Shown here: piece by piece, positions 9,653 through 18,887 of the stretch
Numbering within the stretch: the stretch's first letter is position 1
Layout of the letters: each line of letters opens with the position of its first letter
NCBI GenBank assembly: GCA_041394365.1
Contig: JAWKIM010000015.1
Span: forward strand, 69,658-133,657
DNA: 64,000 nucleotides
Source of the DNA: Acidimicrobiales bacterium
Lineage (GTDB): Bacteria > Actinomycetota > Acidimicrobiia > Acidimicrobiales > CAIXPF01
Direction: 5' to 3'
Made by a program: the position numbers and the translations under genes
Notes under the pieces: generated by a model
Seen by the model: the letters and a program-made list of their open reading frames with translations, nothing else
Told to the model about the DNA's origin: nothing
Database searches by the model: none

Positions 9653-10612
9653 TCAGGCCGGCTCGGGGGTGGGCTCCTCCTCGAGCACGCCCAGCCGGCC
9701 GACGACCAGCACCACGACCAGCCCCACGACGGCCAGGACCAAGGGCAGCACGACCGGGCCCTCGGGGGCGCCGAGCTCGGAGCTCGAGACGCCGCCGGGC
9801 CACGGCCACAGCAGCCGGACCGAGCCCAACATCAGGCCCACCATGGCCGCGACCACCAGGTCGTGGTGGTGGTGGATCAGCCAGGACAGCACCCGGGAGA
9901 ACACGGCCAGACCGGCCACGCAGCCGAGGGCGAACAGCAGCAGCGCCGGCAGGTCCCTGGCGCTGACCGCGCCGAGCACGTCGTCGTACATGCCCATGGT
10001 GACCAGCAGGAACGAGCCGGAGATGCCGGGCAGGATCATGGCGCAGATGGCGATGGTGGCCGCCGCCGGGTAGGCCCACAGCGGGGCGGTCGGGTCGCCG
10101 GCCTCGGCGGTGGTGGACTCCTGCAGGCCGAGCAGGACGAACGTGGCCACCGCGCTGGCCGCGCCGATGAGGTAGACGCGGGCGTCGGGGCGGCCCTTCA
10201 ACATGCCCCACGACGTGACGACCGAGCCCACCACGAAGCCCATGAACAGCCCGGCCATCGACTCCGGGTGGTCTTCGAGCAGGTGCTCGATGACCGAGGC
10301 CAGCAGCACGACGGCGCTGAGGATGCCGGCCAGCAGCGGGACGATGAGGCGCAGGTCGAGGCGCCCGAGGGCGGTTCGGGCTGCGGTCCAGTCGCCCTTG
10401 AGGGCGCTCGACAGCACCTTCGAGCCGCCGCCCACCGCGTCGATCAACCGCTCGTAGATCCCGCACACGAACGCCACCGTGCCGCCGGACACGCCGGGCA
10501 CCGTGTCGGCACAGCCCATGAGGAAGCCAAACACCGCATGGCGGACCAGCTCGGTGGGGCCGCCGGGGGCGCGGTGCACGGTCGGGCGTTCGGGTTGGTC
10601 GACGGCGTCCAT
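9653..10612 (-). CDS. DUF368-family membrane protein
   Basis: ORF 9653..10612: GFLMGCADTVPGVSGGTVAF and ILPGISGSFLLVTMGMY duplicated motifs. Confidence 0.85.
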   Translation of the reverse strand: MDAVDQPERPTVHRAPGGPTELVRHAVFGFLMGCADTVPGVSGGTVAFVCGIYERLIDAVGGGSKVLSSALKGDWTAARTALGRLDLRLIVPLLAGILSAVVLLASVIEHLLEDHPESMAGLFMGFVVGSVVTSWGMLKGRPDARVYLIGAASAVATFVLLGLQESTTAEAGDPTAPLWAYPAAATIAICAMILPGISGSFLLVTMGMYDDVLGAVSARDLPALLLFALGCVAGLAVFSRVLSWLIHHHHDLVVAAMVGLMLGSVRLLWPWPGGVSSSELGAPEGPVVLPLVLAVVGLVVVLVVGRLGVLEEEPTPEPA

Positions 10613-10627
10613 CCCCCCAGTCTTCCG

Positions 10628-11128
10628 TCAACGGGAGCGTTCGACACCACCCGCCTGCCGTCGGGCCGATCGCACGATGTGCACGGCCACGCCGGCCAGG
10701 GCCAGGTCGATGGTGCCGGTGAGCACGAGCACGGTGGTGACGTGGTCGTTGCGGGCGATGTCGGAGCGTGACGGGTCCGACGGGTCGTAGCGGATCAGGA
10801 TCGTCGCCCCGGCCGCCGTTGCGTCGTGGGTGGCTCGATCCACCGGTCGGGTGGCGAGCCACTCCCGCTCGGCGAGGCCGGGCGCGGCGGGAACGTGGAA
10901 CCGGTAGGTGACCGAGTACCCCTCGCTGCGCGGGGCGCCGGCCGCGGTCCGCTCGACCACCTCGGCGTTCGCGGCCCGGCCGGTGGCGGCCAGGGCGCGA
11001 GACCGGCTCCACGCCCGCGCCGCCATGACGTGCAGGCCGACGAGCAGGACGATGGGCACCGCCAGCGCGACCACGGCGACCGCCCGCTCCGTGTGCGTCG
11101 GCGGGCCCGGCTCGAGCGGCGAGGTCAC
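10628..11128 (-). CDS. small membrane protein, DUF3592-like
   Basis: ORF 10628..11128: N-terminal and C-terminal TM helices flanking a soluble beta-type domain (YSVTYRF ... ILIRYDPSDP). Confidence 0.5.
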   Translation of the reverse strand: MTSPLEPGPPTHTERAVAVVALAVPIVLLVGLHVMAARAWSRSRALAATGRAANAEVVERTAAGAPRSEGYSVTYRFHVPAAPGLAEREWLATRPVDRATHDATAAGATILIRYDPSDPSRSDIARNDHVTTVLVLTGTIDLALAGVAVHIVRSARRQAGGVERSR

Positions 11129-11180
11129 CGCTCCAGGCTACGGCCGGGCCGAGCCGGCCCCTCCGGGTACAGTGGGGGGT

Positions 11181-11789
11181 ATGTCGAGCGCCTGGGCATC
11201 GTTGCGGACGTGGCCGGCGCGCCGCTGGCGCAGCGCGGTGCTGGCGGCGCTGGTGTCCGCCGTGGTCATCGCCCTGCCCACCGATCTGATCCCCAACCCC
11301 GTCTTCGGGCGTGACGTGCCGCCCACCGCTTGGTCCTGGCCGGTGCTGGCGGTGTCCTCGGTGCTGTCGGGCCTGCTGTTCGCCACCTACGTGCGCCGGG
11401 ATGACGCCGAGCTCGACGCCACCGGGCGCACCGGCCTGCTGGGCGGTTTCCTCACCTACCTGGCGGTGGGCTGCCCGGTGTGCAACAAGCTGGCGTTGCT
11501 GGCGCTGGGCTACTCGGGTGCGCTGCGCTGGTTCGCCCCGGTCCAGCCGTGGCTGGCGGGGCTGGCCATGGTGCTGCTCGCCTGGGCGCTCGTGCGTCGC
11601 CTGGCCAACGATGGTGCGTGCGCCGTGCGGCCGGCCCCCAGCCGACCGCCCGCTGAACCGTCGCCGGCGGATCAGAACTCCTCGACCCGGATGCGATCAG
11701 GGTCGAGCTCGCCGGTCTGTTCGAGGAGATCGGTGAGCGCCGCCCGCATCCACTCGGCGGCCTCGTCGGCGTCCAGTTCACTGCCGTAG
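11181..11789 (+). CDS. integral membrane protein with CPVC motif (hypothetical)
   Basis: Inner ATG of ORF 10908..11789: MSSAWASLRTWPARRW, four hydrophobic segments, LAVGCPVCNKLALLALG. The 3' end overlaps the convergent gene by 118 nt, so the true stop is uncertain. Confidence 0.5.
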   Translation: MSSAWASLRTWPARRWRSAVLAALVSAVVIALPTDLIPNPVFGRDVPPTAWSWPVLAVSSVLSGLLFATYVRRDDAELDATGRTGLLGGFLTYLAVGCPVCNKLALLALGYSGALRWFAPVQPWLAGLAMVLLAWALVRRLANDGACAVRPAPSRPPAEPSPADQNSSTRMRSGSSSPVCSRRSVSAARIHSAASSASSSLP

Positions 11790-12559
11790 AGGCTGAGCTG
11801 GACCTGACCGTCGCTCCAGTCGGCGCCGCAGGAGCGGTAGTCGTCGGTCTCCACGCAGAACCAGTAGAGCGTACCGCCCCGTACGGCGGCCTCGCCCTCG
11901 ACGGTGATCGTGCCGAAGTCGGCCACGGTGCGCTGGAGGTACTGCCGGTGCCCTCCGTCGGGCGCATGGCCGAACGTGAAGCCGACGAAGCGCTCGAAGC
12001 CCTCGCTGCAGCCGTAGACCACCGGGTCCACCAGGTTGCCCTGGACCACCGCGTACTGGCTGAGCTCCGCTTCGTCGGTGTCGCCGTCAGCGCCCGCCGG
12101 CAGGAGGTCCAGCACCCCGTCGAGGTCGATCAGCTGGCAGCGATCACCCAGGTAGGCGTAGCGGGTGTCGTCGAGCTCGATGTCCCGGTCGAGCTGGTCG
12201 AGCACGGCGAGCGTGGCCGACGGATCCACGTCGTCGCCCCCGCCGAGCAGCCGCCAGGCCACGAGTGCACCGCCGGCCAGCAGCACCAGGCCGAGGACGG
12301 AGACGGCGGCGACGACGAGCCCGGTGCGCCCCTTCGGCGCCGGTGGCTGGGACCAGCCGCCGGGGGGCGGCGGTGGCGCACCGGGAACGGGCCCGGTGGG
12401 AGGCCAGCCCGGGGGTGGGCCGCCCACCGGTGGGCCGCCAGGCGGTGGGGCCGGCGGCCAGCCGCCGGGTCCGTTGGGCGGGGGCGGGAACGGGCCGGTC
12501 ACCGGTACGACGTTAGTGGGGCGCGAAGCGAGACGGTGGGCGCGCCCCGCCGGGCGCAC
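11672..12559 (-). CDS. proline-rich, single-pass membrane-anchored hypothetical protein
   Basis: ORF 11672..12559: PPPPNGPGGWPPAPPPGGPP low-complexity N-terminus, TM LVVAAVSVLGLVLLAGGALVAW, acidic extracytoplasmic domain with paired Cys residues. Start codon uncertain. Confidence 0.5.
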   Translation of the reverse strand: MRPAGRAHRLASRPTNVVPVTGPFPPPPNGPGGWPPAPPPGGPPVGGPPPGWPPTGPVPGAPPPPPGGWSQPPAPKGRTGLVVAAVSVLGLVLLAGGALVAWRLLGGGDDVDPSATLAVLDQLDRDIELDDTRYAYLGDRCQLIDLDGVLDLLPAGADGDTDEAELSQYAVVQGNLVDPVVYGCSEGFERFVGFTFGHAPDGGHRQYLQRTVADFGTITVEGEAAVRGGTLYWFCVETDDYRSCGADWSDGQVQLSLYGSELDADEAAEWMRAALTDLLEQTGELDPDRIRVEEF

Positions 12560-12595
12560 TTCGCCGTGTCACCGTCCCCGGCGTAGCGTGCCGTC

Positions 12596-13408
12596 ATGGA
12601 CCGTCCGACCGAGGACCACCTCGCCGACATCGAGCGCGACGGCTACACGATCGTGCACAACGCCTTCCCGCCGGAGCTGGCCGATGCGCTGGTGGCGGAG
12701 CTCGAACGGCTCGAGCGCGAGCTGGCCGTCGTGCCGGCCGGCAACTCCTTCGAGGGGTCGGCCACGTGGCGGATCTACAACCTGCTCGCCCGTGGGGAGC
12801 GGTTCCGGGAGGTCCCGCTGCACCCCGGTGTGCTGCCCATCGTCGAGGGCGTGCTCGATGCCGGCTGCCTCGTGTCGAGCCTCTCGTCGATCGCCATCGG
12901 GCCCGGCGAGGTGGCCCAACCCATCCACGCCGACGACGCGCTGCACCCCATCGCCCGGCCCCACGCCGCCACCGTGTGCAACAGCATGTGGGCGCTGACC
13001 GACTTCACCGAGGACAACGGGGCCACGCGGCTGGTGCCCGGCAGCCATCTCGCCGACCACACCCCGCCGTATGGCGAGCGACCGGCGTCGGTGCCGGCCG
13101 AGATGGCGAAGGGGTCCATCCTCGTCTGGCACGGTTCGCTGTGGCACGGCGGCGGTGCCAACCGCACCGACCGGCGGCGCTACGGCTTGGCCATGAACTA
13201 CTGCGCCGGGTGGATCCGCCAGCAGGAGAACCAGCAGCTGGGCATCCCCCTCGACGCGCTGGCCACCTTTCCGCCCCGGCTGCTGGAGCTGTGCGGCCTG
13301 GGCATCTACAAAGGCCTCGTGGGCCACGTCGAGCGGCGGACCCCGGCCGAGCACGTGCTGGGCGAGGACCGCATCGCTCGTCCCATGCTGTGGGACAAGG
13401 TGGGCTGA
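12596..13408 (+). CDS. phytanoyl-CoA dioxygenase (PhyH) family Fe(II)/2OG oxygenase
   Basis: ORF 12596..13408: IERDGYTIVHNAF, QPIHADD, TEDNGATRLVPGSH, WHGSLWHGGGAN. Confidence 0.9.
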   Translation: MDRPTEDHLADIERDGYTIVHNAFPPELADALVAELERLERELAVVPAGNSFEGSATWRIYNLLARGERFREVPLHPGVLPIVEGVLDAGCLVSSLSSIAIGPGEVAQPIHADDALHPIARPHAATVCNSMWALTDFTEDNGATRLVPGSHLADHTPPYGERPASVPAEMAKGSILVWHGSLWHGGGANRTDRRRYGLAMNYCAGWIRQQENQQLGIPLDALATFPPRLLELCGLGIYKGLVGHVERRTPAEHVLGEDRIARPMLWDKVG

Positions 13409-13476
13409 CACCGTCCGGCCGCGTGACCGGCCGCCTGCGCGAGCGCCTGATCGGGTTGCGGCCGGGGTTCGTGTGC

Positions 13477-13496
13477 GGGATACCGGTGGGTATCCC
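13477..13496. promoter_or_regulatory. 20-bp perfect palindrome GGGATACC-GGTG-GGTATCCC (operator-like)
   Basis: Read directly from sequence. 8-bp arms, 4-nt spacer, intergenic. Strongest member of the TACC-N4-GGTA family. Confidence 0.5.
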
Positions 13497-13662
13497 GGGA
13501 ACCCGTCGCGCTCGATTCGACGTCGATTCGGAATTGGTCGTGAGACACGAATTCCGGTCGCTTTTGGTGAGGTGTCGGGTCCCTGGCGTTGCCGGTGGAC
13601 ACCAGCGGTGGGCACCCGGAGCCCGTGGGTCGAAAGCGCCGAATCGAACTCGAATCGGCGCC
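13477..13662 (+). repeat. dispersed structured repeat, copy 1
   Basis: A 52-nt block (13499-13550) is 46/52 identical to the reverse complement of 18996-19047. Block 13637-13662 matches the reverse complement of 18888-18910. The two blocks are mutually complementary (CGATTCG..CGATTCGG / CCGAATCG..CGAATCG). Confidence 0.7.
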
Positions 13663-13717
13663 GATGGATGACCGATGGATGACCGATGGATGACCGGTGG
13701 GGTGGGGTGGGGTGGGG
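13661..13717 (+). repeat. tandem 11-mer (CCGATGGATGA)x3 followed by G-quadruplex motif GGGGTGGGGTGGGGTGGGG
   Basis: Read directly: 13661-13693 is three exact 11-nt units. 13699-13717 is four G4 runs separated by single T. Confidence 0.8.
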
Positions 13718-13813
13718 TTGCCCGGCGGCGGGCCGGCGGTGGCTGCGGGTGGCGACAGCGCCACGTCAGCGAGGCCACGGGCCGGCGACAGCGGCATCGC
13801 GCACGATGCGGCC

Positions 13814-14515
13814 ATGGCAACGACGACCGTCCCCCACCTCTGCGAGCTCGCCTCGTCCCCGGCCACCGGTCCGGCACCGGGACGGGCCCCTGCCCTCGGG
13901 CCGCTCCGCAACGAGCGGGCGGCGACCCGGCACCGCTGGCGCGTGCTGGTCGAGGACATCGCCTCGGCCACACCCCGTCGCGGCGCGGTGCGGTCGCTGC
14001 ACCGCCGGGTCGACCGTGCGCTGACGGAGCTGACCGCCCGGCTGCGGTGGGAGGACACGACGTTGCACCCCGCCCTCGCCGAGCGGCAGCTCGCCGCCCG
14101 GCCGTACGTGGCCCGCTGGACCGACGAGCACGACCACCTCCGGCGGCTCGTCCTGCCGTTGCAGGACGCCATGACGGTGTGGTCGGCCGCGCCGCACGCC
14201 GAGGCGGCGCAGGACGCAGCCCGGGCGGCCGCCGATGCGCTGCTCAGCGCCATCGCCGATCACGACCGTCGCGAGGAGGCGCGCACCCTGCTCTGGCTGC
14301 ACCGGCACTTCACCGCGGCCGACTGGTCCACCCTCCGGCCGTCCACACGTCCCCGGCGTCGGTGGCTGCTATCGTTCGCGCCGGCGGATCGCCACGCCGA
14401 ACCTCCATCCGACACCCACGCCGTCGGCTCGGGAGGCAAAGGGGACCTCGGGTGCCCGGCGGTGCGAAGCGACCGATCGAGGCCACCCGCCCGGGTGCCT
14501 GCACGCGTGGGGTGA
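13814..14515 (+). CDS. hemerythrin-like (HHE cation-binding) domain protein, putative
   Basis: Inner ATG of ORF 13697..14515: WTDEHDHLRRL and IADHDRREEARTLLWLHRHF resemble H/E metal-ligand helices. The C-terminal third is low quality. Confidence 0.4.
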   Translation: MATTTVPHLCELASSPATGPAPGRAPALGPLRNERAATRHRWRVLVEDIASATPRRGAVRSLHRRVDRALTELTARLRWEDTTLHPALAERQLAARPYVARWTDEHDHLRRLVLPLQDAMTVWSAAPHAEAAQDAARAAADALLSAIADHDRREEARTLLWLHRHFTAADWSTLRPSTRPRRRWLLSFAPADRHAEPPSDTHAVGSGGKGDLGCPAVRSDRSRPPARVPARVG

Positions 14516-14545
14516 GGTGCGGGCGCGGGCAGGAGTCCGATCGAG

Positions 14546-15217
14546 ATGACCACGCAGGAATCGTTCAAGAAGCGGGTCCGCGCCCGCATGGTGCACACCG
14601 GTGAGCGCTACGCCGCCGCCCGCCGTGTGCTGCTGGAACAAGCCCAGGCCCGCCGCGGCACCCCCCGGACCCGGGAGCGGGTGAGCGAACCGGAGCTCGA
14701 CGACGCCACGGTGCGGGCCGCCACCGGCCGGGACTGGGACGAGTGGTGCGACCTGCTCGACCGCTGGCCGGGGCGCGACACCGGCCACGCCGCCATCGCC
14801 GCCCACCTGCTGGCTGAGCACGGCATCGACAGCTGGTGGGCGCAGAGCGTCACCGTCGGCTACGAGCGCATCACCGGACGCCGGCTGCCCTACCAGCGAT
14901 CGGACGGCACGTTCACCGCCACCCGGTCGCGGACGGTGCCGGTGCCGCCCGAGCAGCTGCGCGCGCTCCTGCTCGATGCCGGGGCCCGCACCGACCTGCT
15001 CGGCGGGCTGCCCAGCGAGTTGCGCTCGCGGCCCACCTCGAAGGCGATCCGACTCGCCGTCGAGCAGGGGACGGTGCTCATCTCGCTCGACGTCACGGCC
15101 GACGGCCGCACGAAGGTGTCGGTGGCGCACGAACGCCTGCCGCAGCCCGATGACCTCGAGCGTTGGCGGTACTTCTGGGGCGAGTGGCTGGACGCCCTCG
15201 ACAGGTCCGCCGGCTGA
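14546..15217 (+). CDS. DUF4287 plus SRPBCC-like domain protein
   Basis: ORF 14546..15217: TGRDWDEWCDLLDRW..HAAIAAHLLAEHGIDSWWAQSVTVGYERITG is DUF4287-like. The C-terminal half is START/AHSA1-like and ends ERWRYFWGEWLDAL. Confidence 0.7.
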   Translation: MTTQESFKKRVRARMVHTGERYAAARRVLLEQAQARRGTPRTRERVSEPELDDATVRAATGRDWDEWCDLLDRWPGRDTGHAAIAAHLLAEHGIDSWWAQSVTVGYERITGRRLPYQRSDGTFTATRSRTVPVPPEQLRALLLDAGARTDLLGGLPSELRSRPTSKAIRLAVEQGTVLISLDVTADGRTKVSVAHERLPQPDDLERWRYFWGEWLDALDRSAG

Positions 15218-15226
15218 GGCCGGGCC

Positions 15227-17116
15227 TCAGACCGGTGCGGCGGGTCGGCTCGACCCGTCGGGCCGGTCGTCGAACTGGGTGCGGTACAGCTGCGCGTAGC
15301 GCCCGCCGCGGGCCAGCAGCTCCTCGTGGGAACCGAGCTCCACCACCGAGCCGGCCTCGAGCACGGCGATGGCATCGGCGCGCCGCACCGTGGACAACCG
15401 GTGGGCGATGACCAACGAGGTGCGACCGGCCAGGGCGGCGGTGAGCTCGCCGCACCGCCGCCTCCGACGACGAGTCGAGGTGGGCGGTGGCCTCGTCGAG
15501 GATCACCACCCGGGGTCGGGCCAGCAACAGCCGGGCGATGGTCAACCGCTGGCGTTCGCCGCCCGAGAGTCGGTAGCCGCGCTCGCCCACCACGGTGTCG
15601 AGCCCGTCGGGCAGGGCGGCCACCAGCCCGTCGAGGCTGGCGCTGCGCAGCGCCGCCCACAGCTCGTCCTCGGTGGCATCGGGCCGGGCGTAGCGGAGGT
15701 TGGCACCGATCGTGTCGTGGAAGAGGTGGCCGTCCTGGGTGACCACGCCGACGGTGGCGCGCAGGTCCTCGAAGGACACGTCGCGCACGTCGACCCCGCC
15801 GATGCGCACCGCGCCGGCGTCCACGTCGTACAGGCGCGGCACCAACGACGCCAGCGTCGACTTGCCAGCGCCGGAAGAACCGACCAGCGCCACCATCGTG
15901 CCGGCCTCGATGCGCAGCGACACGCCGTGCAGCACCTGCTCGGGGACGCGCTCGTCGAGCCGGGCCACCTCCTCCAGCGACGCCAGCGACACCTTGTCGG
16001 CGGCGGGGTAGGTGAAGCGCACCTCGTCCAGCTCCACCGCCACCGGACCGTCCGGTATGGCGGTCGGTCGGGCCGTCTCGGCCACCAGCGGTTCGAGGTC
16101 GAGCACCTCGAAGACCCGCTCGAAGCTCACCAGCGCAGCGACCACGTCCAAACGGGCGGAGGCCAGCGCGGTGAGCGGGCCGTACAGCCGGTTCAGCAGC
16201 AACGCCAGCGTGACCACGGTGCCGGCATCGAGCCGGCCGGTGAGGGCGAGGTAGCCGCCGAGCCCGTAGATGAGCGCCTGGGCCAAGCCCGACACGAGCG
16301 TCAGGGCCCGGAAGAACACCTCCATGGCCATCGCCGAGCGCACCCCGATGTCGCGGACGCGTCGAGCTCGCCCGACGAACTCGCCCAGCTCCTGGGCCGG
16401 GCGGCCGAACAGCTTGACCAGCGTCGCCCCGGGGCGGAGAAGCGCTCGGTCATCTGCGAGGTCATCGCCGCGTTGTGCTCGGTGGCCTCGCGCTCGAGCG
16501 CGCCGAAGGTCCGGCCGACCCGCCGGGCGGGGATCACGAACAACGGCAGCAGCACCAGCGCCACGGCGGTGATCAACCACGACAGCCGGGCCATGACGGC
16601 CACGGTGAGGGCCAGGGCGATCCCGTTGGTGACCACCCCCGACAGCGCCGAGGTGAACGCCCGCTGGGCGCCGATCACGTCGTTGTTCAGCCGCGAGACG
16701 AGCGCGCCGGTGTGGGTGCGGGTGAAGAACGCGACGGGCATGCGCTGCACGTGGCCGTACACGGCCCGGCGCAGGTCGAGGATCAGGTCCTCGCCCAGGC
16801 GGGACGATTGGAGCCGTTCGAGCAGGCCGATGCCGGTGTCGAGCACGGCGACGGCAGCGAACAGCGCGGCGATGCCGATGACGACCGAGGTCGCCCGGCC
16901 GGCGACGATGGCATCCACGGCACGCCCGGCCAGCACCGGTCCGGCCACACCGAGCACGGCCGAGGTGGTGGACAGCGCCAGGAAGGCGGCGATGGTGCGG
17001 CGGTGGGGCCGGGCGAAATCCCGGATGCGCCGGAGGGTGTCCGGCCGCCTCGGCCGCCGGGGCCCATCGGGCTGCATGGCGCTCTCCAACGCCGACCACA
17101 GGTCGAGCTCGCTCAT
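15227..17116 (-). pseudogene. ABC exporter, fused permease/ATPase (MsbA/MdlB-like), two frameshifts (near 16435 and 15450)
   Basis: N-terminal TMD in ORF 16301..17116. The middle (ATLVKLFGRPAQE ... GSSGAGKSTL Walker A, LSGGERQR signature, [10 protein letters not shown] Walker B) is in the frame of ORF 15093..17099. The C-terminus [13 protein letters not shown] is in ORF 15227..15415. Confidence 0.8.
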
Positions 17117-17200
17117 GACGCCGACCGTAGAACCTCGAGCGGCCTTGAGGTCAACCCGTTTGTGTGGTGGGGCGGGTTGGGCGCGGGCCGGGGCGGGCGG

Positions 17201-18177
17201 TCAGGCGCGGGCGATGACCAGTTGGCGGCTGGCCCGGATGACCGCGCCCGGATGGCTGAGCGTGGCGTGCTCGACGTGCTCACCGTGCTCGACGTGCTCA
17301 CCGTCGAGCAGGGCGGCCAGGCGGCGAGGTCGCCGGCATCGGCGTAGCCGTCCAACTGGCGCACGGTGCGCCGGACCTGTCCGGCGGCGTAGCGGCGGGC
17401 GTCGTCGTCGAGCGGGCCGGGCAACTCCTCGTGCACGACCTCGTCCACCACCACCTCGAACCCGGCCGCCCTCACCGCCGCGCCATACCCAGTGGTATCT
17501 GCGGCGCCGGCGCGGGCCACCACGCCGGGCACGGTGGCCCGCAGGTCGACGAACCAGCGCTCCCAGGCGGCGTCCAACCGGGCCCACAGCCCGGGACGGC
17601 CGAGCTCGACCGATTCGGGCAGCACCCGCACCGGGGTGGCCCGTTCCACGATGGCCAGCAGCCCGCCCGGGCTGAGCAGCGCGCGCATGCGGCGCAGCGC
17701 ATCGACCTCGTCGCCGACGTGGTGCACCACCAGCGACGCCCACAGCAGGTCCGCCCGGCCGAGGCCGTCGATCCCGTCGGGCAGTTCCACCAGCCGGCGC
17801 TCGACCCGACCGGTGAGGCCCAACTCATCGGCCCGTGCGACGGCCCGGTCCAGCATGGCGTTCGAGCCGTCGGCGGCCACCACGGTGGCGTTGCCGAAGC
17901 GGGTGGCCAGCAGGCAGGTCCCCACCCCCGGGCCGCAGCCCACGTCGAGCAGGCGGCGGACCGTGAGGTGGTGGCGATCGCACTCGCCGGCCACCCGGTC
18001 GACCAGGCGGGCCACCAGCCCGCTGAGCATCGTCGCCTCCTGCTCGGCGAAGCGGACCATCTCGGGGGTGTCGAAGTGGACATGGTGGTGCTGCCGGCGG
18101 CGGGCGTCGTGCTGGTGCTGGTGCTGATCGTGCTGGTGCTGGTGCTGGTGCTGGTGCTGGTGCTGGTGGTCGGCCAT
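17201..18177 (-). CDS. class I SAM-dependent methyltransferase with His/Gln-rich N-terminal tail; probable 1-nt frameshift near 17320
   Basis: ORF 17113..18177: MADHQHQHQHQHQHQHDQHQHQHD, LLDVGCGPGVGT (motif I), LLSPGGLLAIVE. The likely C-terminus LLDGEHVEHGEHVEHATLSHPGAVIRASRQLVIARA lies in the neighbouring frame and ends at 17201. Confidence 0.75.
18109..18168. repeat. hexanucleotide microsatellite (GTGCTG)n = (CAGCAC)n on the coding strand, encoding the HQ repeat
   Basis: Read directly: gtgctggtgctggtgctgatcgtgctggtgctggtgctggtgctggtgctggtgctggtg. Confidence 0.9.
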
Positions 18178-18197
18178 GCCGGCAGCCTACGGAGGGC

Positions 18198-18791
18198 ATG
18201 CCGTCGGCGAATAGGCTCTTGCCGATGACGCAAGACCCGGCCATCGAGCAGACCGCCCGGACCCGTTTGCGCAGCCTGCGGGTGGCGCGCGGTTGGTCGA
18301 TCGACGAACTGTCGAAGCGCTCGCACCTGAGCGCGTCGACGATCAGCCGCATCGAGACCGGCCATCGGCGGCTGGCCCTCGATCACCTGGTGACGCTGTC
18401 CCGGGCGCTCGACACCACGGTCGACGAGCTCCTCGTGGACGATGCCGACGTCGACGTGGTGATCCGGCCCACCCGCGACCGGGCCAACGGCCTCACCTAC
18501 TGGCTGCTCACCCGGGCCGACGATGCCTCCGGCCGCGTGGTGGCCAAGCTGGAGCTGCCGGTGCGCAAGCGGCCGCCGGAGCCGCGCCTGCACCCGGGCC
18601 GGGACTGGTTCTACGTGCTCGACGGTACGGTGCAGCTGCACCTCGGCGGTCGGGAGCACCTGGTGCAGCGGGGCCAGGCAGCCGAGTTCGACACGATGAC
18701 CCCGCACTGGATGGCGGGCTTCGGTGGGACGGCCCAGGTGCTCACCATCTTCGACCGCCACGGGGAGCGGGCTCACCTGCGGCCGCATTGA
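18198..18791 (+). CDS. XRE-family HTH transcriptional regulator with C-terminal cupin domain
   Basis: ORF 18198..18791: LRSLRVARGWSIDELSKRSHLSASTISRIETGHR (HTH_3), cupin part HPGRDWFYVLDGTVQLHLGG. Divergent from the methyltransferase. The true start may be the inner ATG (MTQDP). Confidence 0.85.
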   Translation: MPSANRLLPMTQDPAIEQTARTRLRSLRVARGWSIDELSKRSHLSASTISRIETGHRRLALDHLVTLSRALDTTVDELLVDDADVDVVIRPTRDRANGLTYWLLTRADDASGRVVAKLELPVRKRPPEPRLHPGRDWFYVLDGTVQLHLGGREHLVQRGQAAEFDTMTPHWMAGFGGTAQVLTIFDRHGERAHLRPH

Positions 18792-18887
18792 GCACGCCGT
18801 CCACCCACGCCGGGCTCCTGTTCAGCTGAACCGCTTCGTTCCGTGATGCGGATCGGCGCGTGCGCCTACCGGCCCGGCTCCTTCACC

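Noticed and set aside
13499-13550. Possible small conserved peptide in the repeats (SHDQFRIDVESSATGS versus SDDRFRIDGESSATGS).
   Set aside because: Six nucleotide differences in the 52-nt block give 3 amino-acid changes within the aligned peptide, so there is no excess of synonymous change. There is no start codon or RBS. The conservation is better explained at the DNA/RNA level.
18109-18168. Regularly spaced GTGCTG repeats as a possible CRISPR-like or regulatory array.
   Set aside because: The unit is only 6 nt, contiguous and without spacers. It lies inside a coding region where it encodes His-Gln repeats.
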